The translations under genes and the position numbers were made by a program. A model generated the notes under the pieces. The model was not told the origin of the DNA, searched no databases, and was given only the letters and a program-made list of their open reading frames with translations. A stretch of 63,063 nt of DNA, filler included, from Choristocarpus tenellus KU-1152 (taxonomy: Eukaryota > Protista > Phaeophyceae): NCBI GenBank assembly GCA_964200185.2. It is 9 parts of 9 records of this genome, joined end to end, with 100 filler letters (N's around TTAATTAATTAA, not from the genome) between each part and the next. Parts side by side here need not be neighbours in the genome. Positions count along the whole stretch, not along the records: positions 14,271 to 24,113 come from CAXNAD020003339.1; positions 24,214 to 32,352 come from CAXNAD020005092.1; 7 more parts are not named here. One strand, 5' to 3'. Position 1 is the first letter of the stretch; each line of letters opens with the position of its first letter. This document shows positions 14,171-25,849 of this stretch, piece after piece.

Positions 14171-14270
14171 NNNNNNNNNNNNNNNNNNNNNNNNNNNNNN
14201 NNNNNNNNNNNNNNTTAATTAATTAANNNNNNNNNNNNNNNNNNNNNNNNNNNNNNNNNNNNNNNNNNNN
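14171..14270. other. Artificial contig spacer N44-TTAATTAATTAA-N44 (also at 24114, 32353, 38600, 42360, 53448, 56245 and 59783)
   Basis: An identical 100-bp construct with stops in all six frames occurs eight times. Confidence 0.97.
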
Positions 14271-14528
14271 CGTACACATTTTACCCCCTCTGAACCATTT
14301 TGGGGTAGGAAAATGTAAGAAACATCCCGTGCAAACCTAAGCCCCAAACGGACAAACAGGGCAAAACTCGTACCCTCTAAGATACTTTCACTCAAAGGTG
14401 TGTTTGGAAGAAGAATGTTGACACTTCCTAACAAACACGATAGCCAAAACCAAATTTACATTGAAATCGCAACATTGGATTTTGGCCCCTAAAAAAACGT
14501 GGATCTACCCTCTAAGATACCTTGGTTC
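14271..14528. mobile_element. MITE family A, two partial copies in opposite orientation
   Basis: A right end at 14393 is followed by an inverted left half ending at about 14528. Confidence 0.75.
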
Positions 14529-15081
14529 TTAAAGAACACAGATTGCTTCAACTCTCACACATACACGATATTCATCTTGTCAACACACTGTCTACAAAGT
14601 CTTCTACCTGCTTCTTGCGTAATCTTGTTGTCAAGATGTATGCAAGTTGTAGTGTGCTGTGGGTATATACTTTACTGTGAAAATTCCTTGGTTAACATAC
14701 TCCCTGGTGCATTTCAGCTTGATGTCGACATGCCTTGTCCTTCCATTGAAACCCTTCAGTCATTGCTGCATGACCCCATACCAAGTCGTGACCCCTTGGG
14801 GTATGCCCAGCTCCCCCAGGATGCCTCTGAGGAATATCGCTTGCCTCTTTCCAAGCACCATCGCTGCCCATTCTGCTTCTGATGAAGATGTGGTTACAGC
14901 TTCTTGCATCTTGGATTTCTGTGGAATCGGTGCCTCATTCAGTAGGATTAGGTATCCCGTCACACTTCGTCTTTAAGAAGTGTCATTGCCCTAGTATATG
15001 AGTCTCCATACCCGACCAGGCCCCTGTTGTCCATTTCGCCACAAGCAGGATAGTATATATTCCTACTTTCATGATGCCTGC

Positions 15082-15270
15082 TAAGTAAGTATCTAGGGGA
15101 GTGAGGGGGAGGGAGGGGGGTTACGCCAGGGTGTCCATCTGGGCCAAAACCAGGAAAAGTGCACTTACATTATCCATCCGACATATGTAACAAAACCACC
15201 CAAAACTCGCGACATGAGAAAATTGTTCCCAAATGGACAGCCGCCACACACCCCCAGATACTTCGGCTAG
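15082..15270 (+). mobile_element. MITE family B, inserted into the copia pol region
   Basis: AAGTATCTAGGGG...CCCCCAGATACTT ends. The same internal sequence occurs at 42275-42359/42460-42524, 53018-53130, 53548-53727, 56079-56244 and 1-30. Confidence 0.8.
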
Positions 15271-18200
15271 AACATGTTGCAGCCCTTTCCAGTGTCGATT
15301 GCATCGAGATGCTGCGTATCTTCCCAAATCCTGATGACCCGGTTTATGTTGGCTGCTGTAGCTAGGGCTACCCGAATGGCGTCAAATCCCACCACTGGAC
15401 TGAATGTGCTGAAGTAGTCCACCCCTTCTTGCTGGGAAAATCCCCGTGCCACCAGCCTGGCCTTGAACCTTTCAATGTCTCCATTGACTGTCCGTTTGAT
15501 CTCGAATATGAACCTGGTCTTGACAGGTGTCTTACCTGGTGGCAGACTCTCGCTTTCATGGAAGGTTCGTTTGCTTCGTTGGCCCTCCATTTCTTGCTCC
15601 ATTGCCTCCTGCCAGTGTTCTGCATCAGGCTGTGCAAGGGCTTCTGCGATGGTTGATGGCTCGTGGTGGCCTATCGAGATGTCACCTGCCATGCTCATCA
15701 AACAGTAGACGTCACCCGTGCTTGCGCTGAGCAGATTGATAATATTCTCTCCCAGTTCCTGGGTATCTCCAGAGTGTAGACCCTTGCAGTCCACCCTGGG
15801 CCCTGGGTTGTTGAGCTATCCTGGCTGACCTCCGTTGCCCAGTCGGTGAATTTGTTGAGTCCTTGGTCGGTGTTGTTGGTATGGGATCGACTGCAATATC
15901 GAGATCCCCATCAGAGTCGTCTTTATGATCGGAGATATCGTCATCGTCTGTCAAAGTCATGGTCTCTCTCTCCCCCACGAAGTCCATGATGTGTTCGCCT
16001 GGCTCGAACGTCACTTGGGCTAAGGTCACCAACTCGACTTCTCGAGGAAGCCAGATGTACCAACACAGTGATGTACGATCATGTCCCATGATGATACCCC
16101 ACTTGGCGTATGGGTGAAACTTTGAACCGCCTCCCCTCTGCTGCTTGTCCTGGAGAACATAGCTCTCGCTCCCCCAGGTCCGAAGCCTATCATAATTGAA
16201 GGATTTTCCTGTTAGATGCTCGCATGGTGTCTCTCCTCTCCCAGGTATTCATGTGGCATGGCTCCAGTTTTGAAGGCGACGTCCGTGATGGCATAGAATC
16301 AGTACTCATTGCCCAGCCCAACCCTTACTTGTTGACTCCTCTCTGCCCCCATGAGTTGCTTTACCTCCCTTTCCACGATCCCACTGCTCTGTGGTGTTCT
16401 CGGTGGGGATTTCCTCCATCTGGTACCGTTGTTCGCCAGCATCCTTTGGAACTTTACCGATCTCCCAAGCTCGCCAGCACCATCCCCACTGATATATTGG
16501 ACTGGTATACCTTCCCTGGCCATCTGGTCGAGATAGGCAGCGGTTGCGTCCGTCGCTGCGTTTTTGGCTTTCAATCCGTAGACCCTCTTGTATCGGCTGC
16601 TCTCAGTAACAACCACCTGGATATATTTGTGACCAGTGATGTCTGGTTGAAAAGGTCTCGCCAAATCCGTTTGGACAACCTGGCCTTGCTGCTTGGGCGT
16701 CGTGCCACCCTGTCGATAGCTTAGAGCTTCTGATTTTCATTCCTTACATGTCTCGCATCGTATTTCCGACGCCACAGTAGCGTCGGTGATCTTCAACAGT
16801 CCACCCTTCTCGAGATGTTTGATAGCCGATGGGTTGATGTGACCCAATATGTTGTGCCAGTCCTTCAATGTCAGCTTCTGCTTTTGATTGGCTCGTGCTG
16901 CGCTGGCTCTCGATTCTCGTTCCTCGTTGATTATTACGGTTCCAGATAAATTTAAGAACCCCCCAGACTTTGGTAGGTTTATCTTGGGTGAATTCTTGGA
17001 GGTGTTCAGATAACGTTCTTTTGTTCCTGTGCAATATAGACTGATAGTCTATATGGTTCCTGAATCCATAAATTCTCCTCCATTGCGTCGCATGGTTCCA
17101 GCACTCAGTATGTGGCACGATAGACCTGGCACCCATAGAGCACCCTTCAGAACCACTCTTCTTGGCTTGCCGTTCTTGTCCATCACCATTAGAACCATAT
17201 CCCCAGTTTCCTTCGCTCCCAATTTCCCATTGCTACTGAAGGTGCATGTCCGTTTGGTGCCCCGAGTGCTTACAAGGTCTTCACAATCAGGTGTAAGATG
17301 GACGTTTGCTCTGGAATCACACAACATCTCGACTTGTCTTCCACTGGAGGAGTTGAGCTCCACACTTTCGTTAACCTCCTCGTCTGCTGTCGCCTTGAAG
17401 GTGGAGAAGGAGCGCACTTGGTTCCTGTAGACTCTGTTGCTGCTCCCACCAGGTGGAGGTGGCGGAAATGTTCTCGCAAGTGCCGTCCCAGGCGGACGTG
17501 TTTTAGGTGGCTTTCCATTCAAGTATGAGTAGCACTTCGATGGTTCATCTTCAAACAGTATGCACATTGGTTTGGATTGGGGCCGCTTCCAGGTGATCCC
17601 CTGGTCTTCTAGCATGGCCATTCCTCACAGTGCCGTGCATTGCCAATACCCCATCATGCTCATGTTGTCCTGAGTGGAGGTAAGTTGTCGAAGAGATGAT
17701 TGCCCATTTGACCTCCTCATATCCGATGTCAGGGCGCGTTATTAATTGCGCGAAAGCATGTGGCATGGCTTCCTTGATCCCAAGCAGTATAGACGCCCGT
17801 TTCATATTTTCGGATTTTGGCTCCATGAGCTCCATAAAGTCCGAAAATAGCCGCTCGAGTTTAATGAAAAAATCGGCGCTGTTCAGAGACGCTGCGCACC
17901 GGAGTTCTCGGAGTCTCACCTCCAAAGTGATGAGCTGCACGGGGATCTCGTCCTTTGCGCGTCTTCCGTAAACTCTTTCTCTAGTTCTATCCAGGCCTCT
18001 CTCTGCCGTTTGGTTGACCCTCGTTTTCGCATCTCGCAACGATTCCTGATGCTGACCCCTTTGTCGCTTGGATAAGGAGGAACCATAGCGCCCTGTTGTT
18101 CTTCATATACGTGGCATGTGCCGTACATATTTCCTTTCCCGAGGTGGTGATGGGGGTTTCAGGAATCTTGTAGTCCCTCGTTGTAATCTCGTACAAGCCC

Positions 18201-18527
18201 TTTCCACCAGCGTGGCCTATCAATGACAGTCTCCAAGTGGACCAGGCCTCCAATGACCTTCCTGTGGGCCCCGTAAAGACAGCAAGTTTCTTCAGGTCAG
18301 TCTCTATACTACTAAGGCTCACAACCCGTGCAATTTACCTTGGAAGGTATTGCAATTTATCAGTAGTAAAGACAAGAAGGTGTGGAGCCTCACACAATTC
18401 CCCTTTTTGTTGAACTTGAAAAGAATGGATGGATGAAATTAGAAGAGTGACCTTTGCGGGTTGTCTCCTTTTGCTCGTTTCTTTATTATTATTTGTGTCG
18501 AAACAGTTTAATTACAACATCGAATTT

Positions 18528-18596
18528 CATAGATGATTCAGAACTCCATAGATGGTTCAGAACTCCATAGATGGTTCAGAAATCCATAGATAATTC
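18528..18596. repeat. 19-bp tandem repeat (CATAGATGGTTCAGAACTC, about 3.5 copies) inside the copia LTR
   Basis: Directly visible; absent from the sister LTR at 61804. Confidence 0.85.
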
Positions 18597-21500
18597 ATAT
18601 GTACTATCGCATTAGTGACATTGACGATCACTTGGACTCAATTCAACACAATAACCTCACATGCACAAAATAAGGTACACCTCTAACCTCACTATTATCC
18701 TCTATTTTGCACAGGCAGTACCCCAATATTGCTGTCGTGAGTGAGATGTGAAACCTTGAATTGCATGAATCATTGGTTTCCATGAAATGCTCGGTGAAAA
18801 GCGAAGAGGTAACCTAGTGCATTGATACAGTGGTGGAATTCAATGAGACACATCTCGTGACATGTCCGTGAAGACAATGGTGAATGCTGTGAGGTACACC
18901 AATAATTGGTGCTGTGATCCAGGATAGTGATACATGGTCTGAGTGAAGATGTTTGGATCTATTAACGCTCAATATGCCCAATCTAGTTGTGTGTCGTGGT
19001 GCACCCATTGCAGAGCGAAATCGAAGTTAGGGGGGGGGGGCTACATCTACCAATAAAGGTCTAAAACACGAGATACGAGGGTTGTTTGAACTATGATCAA
19101 ATGAAAAAGAAAATCAAGTCTAATTCTTAGTTTACTCGTGTGTGTGTCACATACTGACTGAATCCGTATGTTGACTAACATCGACCCAATGGATCAGACC
19201 TACCAATACCCATGTAGTCTGCAACGGTAAGTTGCGTCATATACTGTGCAGGGCGGTATGCATGTGATGCAGATACCTGATGTAGAAGATTGAGATACCA
19301 CTGTTCCACCAGGGCAGATAGTCGCGCTTTCCTGACTCCCAATGGCAGAACGATAAACGGATAGAATGGTCGAAAGATGGACAAAATGGGAAACGCCAAA
19401 ACCGAGATGACTGCTTGGGGTGAGCGCACATTAATCAGGTGATGGCCTACAGATCTTGCTGGGTTAATTCCCCAGCCTCTTTTTCTATTAAATTATTGAT
19501 ATACCACCGTTCTACCAGGGCAGAACGTCACGCTACTTTCTGCCCTGATGAAAACGTGGTATCTCAATGATTAAACACCTGACACACATATAAAATATCA
19601 AAGGGTATAGTAATATGTACCTGGGATACTTCCTAAAGAATCATTACTAGTGTATGAGTCAATGGTTGACAGTAGTCGGTGGTACTGAGCGGCATCTGTA
19701 AATTGTGGAGGAAGTAGCCTGTATGTTATATAACACTATCACATTGCAGAGTGCAACAGTAAGTTGTGATCATATACCGTGCATATCGGTAATAATGCAA
19801 TGTCAATACTTATGCACTACGCGGAAACATTTTATAGTGGATAGGCCAACAGTCGACTCTAGTTGATGGTGCGTGACTGTATATAGGAATCACAGAGGCA
19901 GTAGTCTATGTTTCAACATGAGATATAGGAGTATGGGGAAGGATTATTGCAACGTGTTTGTCTTGGTGGGTGTAAGTCTGTGGATGTGTGAGATTCTGTA
20001 GACCAAAAAGTGCGAGGAATATATTGCAATGTGAGGTGCAAGAATCGAGCGCACAAGAGGGGGTCTTTCCAAGGGACACTCAGGAGAGAAAGGAAGACAA
20101 TTTCTCGTTTAAATATGAACACAGCAACATTGCCAATGGAGTGCAAATATCACACTCCCACCACTACGGTCCTCCTCCTGGTTAGCATCAATGAGAGTGT
20201 GGACACCGCAGCTTCCATCAGCAACGTTTTCCATGCGTTGGAAGATCAGGCGAAGGGAGGTTCTTACACCTATTCGCCCACATATACAGCTTGAACGATA
20301 CCCTCACATTATTCATTTTGAGTGGCAAGAAGTGGATCATAAAGAAATCAGAAGCACGATTCCCTATCTATATAATATACGCCCGCTCATGGCTGGACCA
20401 GGACATGCGGCAATAGGAAGACTGAGTTCAGCTTGCTTGTGCGCTCCTCCACTCCACCCACGTTTCAAAATAGAAAACAAAATTTTAGAACAATCTCTCA
20501 CCTGGAATACAACATCGAAACGTCTCGATTCAATTCATGTATCGTAGCGATTGCTGATATGACTAACAAGAAATAAATCGTTTTTCAATTATGGTCAGAA
20601 GGTCGTATTTTTCTTAAAATGCTACACGAGTTTTGCGTTGTTAGGAAGGCTCAAGCAAAATACGCGGAGTTAAACGTCAAATACATCAGCAAGGACGATT
20701 TCCTGTTTATGTTTTGGAGATCCACGCACTCGTCTGTCCTGAATTGGCAACCTAGCTGTCTGCACTCTGCTTGTACGCGTTGGAGAGGGTCGACAACCCC
20801 CAAAAAGGTTGTTGCAGATCATTGCCGTGTGCGGCAATGATGGTACTGTCGATTTGCATCGCCTACCTTCCAGTTTGCCTACTTATCGAGCTGTGTGGGT
20901 GTCGTTAGTGGGTGTCGTTACGGTGTTGGTCGAGAGGATATTTTTTGCCGTGTTCGTTCCAGCTGTTCTCCTTTGTTTTGCCCCCGAGGGGACGACAGAA
21001 ATTGGAGGGGGCCGTTAGGTCCACCTCACGGGATTGGAGTAGTTTTCAACTAGCAATCACCACGCATCAGCAAAGGCTTCACGCACTATGGTATTGCCCC
21101 AAGCGCAAAGATACTTAATGGTACGTGAAGGTCAGCGCATATATACTAAAACTATTATAGCCCATATTTATTTGTTTCGGGTTGAAACATCAAATAGGGT
21201 TAGGTGATTCTTCGTCATGAATCGATTGATTGCTGATTTGACGGCGCTCGCACTACTGCGATGCATGGTGCAACGGCGTTGTTCGGAAACATTCTGAAGT
21301 GTTATCTGTTTAAACCTGAATCGAATGCATTGTATATGTGATACATAGACTACGAAGGAAGAGGAATCGTGGTGTTGCAAAGCACTGAAGAGTAGGGAGC
21401 GTAGTCTGTGGTATGAGTAGATGTGATTGTGAAGTAAAGCACTGATATATTTGTTCTGTTACGGCTGAAGTCATTGATCTCTCAGTTGAGAATGATGTGA

Positions 21501-24500
21501 TGTGATTACAGTGCTATTTCATTGTATACTTAGTAAAAAGAAGTACATGCTCTGTGAAGAGGATTGTTACCTTGGCTGGCAAGGGTTTCAGTAGATGGTT
21601 TTAACTCTGGGTGTATTACATCCAAGTGTGCGTCAGGNNNNNNNNNNCGTCAGGGGCACTATTGCAGAGTGAGCTTGAGGTGCTCAGTGAGGGGACAATG
21701 ACAATCAGTATAATAATAAACAACAATTACCGTGCATCTGGGGTCTTACGCATATGAAAACAAAGAACAGAGATGGCAACAACAACAAAATAGAAAGAGG
21801 AACGCAAGGTAACAGTAGGACGAACTTGATGCAAGTTCCGAAGTAACTTGGATGACGTGTGCTATGATGTTCCTGTGTGTATTGTGGATCAACTGAATAT
21901 CAACTGGTGCTATTCTTCTATCAAGTGTCATCGATGTGATTATGAGTTGGGATGCCCAATAGATATATGAACACTAACAACCAGTGCAGTGCACCATTCA
22001 ACAGTCAGTACAAGCTGGTAGTATGTGTATCATGTCAACAAGAAACAAACGAGTAGCCTATGTTTTAACATTATCATGGAGAAGGAAGCAGCGTACTTCT
22101 ACGTGGTCCAACCTATTGTCGAATACAGCTCCTATGATGAGAACGAGAGTAGAACCAAGGAATACATCTTAACACTGTATGTTGAAACTTGAGATCGAAT
22201 GAATGGTGCTCTCGTAAGGTGGCAGATTAGTTGTGGTGAAGGGGTACCATAGCGCACTGAAGCACCGATGAATTCTGGCTGATGAACCTAGTGACATGCT
22301 TTGCGCAGTCAGATGGCATTTGATGTAGTGATGGGTATTCTTTTGCACATTCAAAGGAAGAGATTCATGCTCTGTGTAGAGGCTTGTCACCTTGTGAAGA
22401 AGGGTTTTGTTCGTGTTTTAACTCATAATGTATTGTATCCAGTTGTGGTTCAGGTACATTTAGTGCAGAGTGCACTGAAGGTGTAAGTGGGGGGAAGGCA
22501 AGCCAGAAAAAAAGAAATATCAACACATGAGATACAACTGATGGTTCTGATGTGAAGAAAAAAACAAGAAACAAACTTCAATCAATATCTGGAACATCTT
22601 ATATGCCACATACTATGCTTGTGTATTTGATAGGTGTCGACTGTTCCATACTTGCTATACATCATGGGGTTGTAACGATGAATTGATGATGATCCTGTGA
22701 TGAGGTACCAATGATGTAAATATGAGTAACGACCAGTACCGATGTTCGAATCAACAGTCAGTATGAACTGGTAATACTGTATCGTATCCATGACACAATT
22801 GATGAGTAGGCTATATTTGAAACTATTTGCTCCAGATCAATTACGCGACATATTATGGCGAAAAAACGGAAATTACATACGCACATGCAAGAAAGGATTC
22901 CAAGAGCAGTATAGAAATCCAAAAGAACTGCACAGATAGAGACAAGACGAAATATATTTGAAATGCAGGGAAAGCAGAGAGAGTGCAGTAGTAACTAGGG
23001 GTATCCAACCAATCCGTTGCAGTCTATGGACCACCAACACTTATACCTACCAACGTCCAATGACACTCCTCCATTCCTTCAGAAACTTCAGGTTTCTAAA
23101 TACAACAAGTTGATAACAACGCAAATCGAGAGGAATGCATTAACAAAGCCACGACAGACAGATGACACAAAGCAGACAGCAGACAGCAGACAACAGAGAG
23201 AAAATAAGGAGGTGGATCCTAAATTACGAACAATGCGTAATACCATCGACTATTGTATCCTGTCACCGTGCGGTTTGCGCTACAATAATGTCCAACAAAC
23301 TCCTTTTCATCTATAAGCTGGGCCGTGGGGAAGATAATTTCCACATATGGTCAATCTACTCCTCAGTACCCTGGCTGCCGTTACTTGTCGTTGTTCAAGG
23401 CCGAAGATCACCAGCAGGCACCTTGTCAACCAAAAAATGCACCAATGCAGTCCTCACCCTTGCCATTCCATCCAACAATTCCTTCTTCACACGTTCCTAA
23501 AACACTTCCCTCTTTCATCGATTTATTTTTCACCTCCTCCGTTTTCTCCTTTTCGTCAACTTCCGTTTTTTCCCTCTGCTAAACTAGGTTCACTTGTTTG
23601 TCTTTGCTATCTATCCATTCCATATTTTCTGTAACCAAAGTTTTGTTTGTTACATTGTATTGGAAACGTGGTACCAGTAGCTTCGCCCTCCGTGGCAATC
23701 GTACTTTTTTCACCGGAACGCCAGAACAATCATACGACAATCTATATATCAAATGAAAGGGTATGACAAGAGCCTTTGAAGGTTTGTATGCATGAATGTC
23801 CAGGCTTCGGGGAACGGGAGCTATGTCCCAATCAAAGAAATGGCAAAAAACGCGGGGGAACCTCTCCGGCACAATTTTGAAGGTCACGAGTTCAAAACGG
23901 ACCAAAATGAAGTGGTTGGCCGAACTCCTTGCAAAACACTGGTCCGGGGTACGTCACTGCCCAAGTTTGGCCAGTGTGGCGATACCGAAAAAAAAAACAA
24001 CTCAAGATTTCCGGATATCTTTTTAACGCCTCTTGCAGACTTTCCGTGAGCACACACACACGTGACTCACACGGCAACATGAACCACGACGGTGAGACAA
24101 GGAGAGCTGTCGANNNNNNNNNNNNNNNNNNNNNNNNNNNNNNNNNNNNNNNNNNNNTTAATTAATTAANNNNNNNNNNNNNNNNNNNNNNNNNNNNNNN
24201 NNNNNNNNNNNNNAAAACGAAGCAACAGTGAAAGTAAATGGAGCTGTGCCGATGTGGGAAAAAAAAGGGGGGGGGGGTTATGGTACAGAACTGAACCAGA
24301 GGAGGGATTGGAAGAGGGATGAAATACCATTCTAACAATGTCCACATCTCTTGTCACAGCAATATAATAGCGTCCATACAACCACAACTCAACCAAGATA
24401 TATTTTATGCTTGCAGCACAAAATACTTAGACCTTCCACAAAAAATGTCGGAGTGCAATGATTGCATCAACTGGTACCCACCAAAGAGCCAAAAAAAAAA

Positions 24501-25849
24501 ACTCACTCAGGTTTTATCCACATTATCCTCTAGCAACTGTGGAACAGAAAGAAGTCAACACCTCGTAATGGAAGAAACCGCCAGTCATAGACGCTACAAA
24601 ACTGTAGTAACAACGCAGAGTATAGCGGTTCAGGTTATGACTCTGATCAGACATGCAACATGAGAACACAAACAAAACAAGAACAGATCACTAAAATAAT
24701 CACTAAAATAACCACTACTATCAATATTAGTAAAAAATAGCAAGCACATTATGGTGGCAGAGCCCTGACCCTAGTATACCCGGTGTGAACGCATGCAGCC
24801 TAGTACTAAGCCAGCCATCCATCCATCCATCCATTCAATCTACCCTTTCTACAACCATACCTCTTCAAGTCGCAAATATCAACTTTTTATTAAAAGTGCA
24901 TGGCACACACACAATATCCAACTTCAACTACAATGTGCAATATTCACACAATATTTTGTGTTCGTATGATGACCCTGCACCATCAAGTTGAAAATCATAT
25001 CTTGACCCACATCAATCAGTTCATCTTTTTCAAGGACTGACTTCAAACTCCTGTAGTAGATGCCTTCGAGAGAAATGAACTACAACAGCATGAGCTATAC
25101 CTTCAAAGGCTCAATTAGTCCAACCCCCTATAACCAATACATTGCTGTGGACATCGGTGTCGCATCTCACTGTCAACGAGATCAGAGAAGAGAAGCAAAT
25201 CAGTCACAGCAAAATCAGTCCTTGGAAAAGATCCTCAGAGAAGCAGCCAAAAAAAAAAACATGTCTAATGCCTTAAAACTCTCTACAAAACACACAGCTC
25301 ATCTTGCTTCGTTGAGAGGTTTGAGTGATCTCCTGTATCATGCTTACAGCCAAACAAACAGGGCACTATGGAGCAACCTTTGATCACATGCAAATATACA
25401 CAACCCAATCAAAGTCGCAAGGCATCAACGGCGATGAAGGCCAGCTGCATCGTGTGATTCTTCTCTTTCATGGAAAGTATGAAGTGTAACTGTATGGCAA
25501 GGTCTTCAGAACAGGGCAATGCAACAACGGAAGAGCAGTAGCAGATTTTGAACACAGACTTCTTTTGCAGAGTGCAATTCTGCCATGTCCTGTGTTTGAT
25601 TTCCCTCTCACAAATTTCCAAAGCGTCAGTGCGAATATATATGAACACATAATAGATTAAACATATACCAGGCGGGCACCTGACAGTTACCCTGTGAGCA
25701 ACGCAGTTTTTAATTCAATATCTTCACAAATGTTCCGAATGTCTCTATTCACCATACACAAATCTGTTAGACACAAAAACACAATCACGCCAACATGCGT
25801 GTAATTCATTTCTAATCATTTCTAATCAACTGATGGTACATGGTGGCAC

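Larger units (their letters stand above)
14529..18713 (-). mobile_element. Degenerate Ty1/copia LTR retrotransposon: 5' LTR 18713-18327, PBS 18326-18316, gag, protease, integrase, partly deleted RT, RNase H; 3' LTR not seen
   Basis: Gag-like ORFs at 17551-18322; protease LCDSRANVH (DSGA-like); integrase core at 16299-16664 (SGDGAGEL, PRTPQSSGIVER); [28 protein letters not shown]; RNase H SKMQEAVTTSSSEAEW. The PR-IN-RT-RH order is that of copia. Many stops and frameshifts. Confidence 0.93.

Noticed and set aside
14215-14226. Recurrent palindrome TTAATTAATTAA
   Set aside because: It is an assembly linker embedded in Ns, not biological sequence.
23395-23425. Possible terminal exon VPAGDLRP* that would make a UBL-only USP14
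   Set aside because: It lies beyond the spacer at 24114-24213 and is too short to distinguish from chance.
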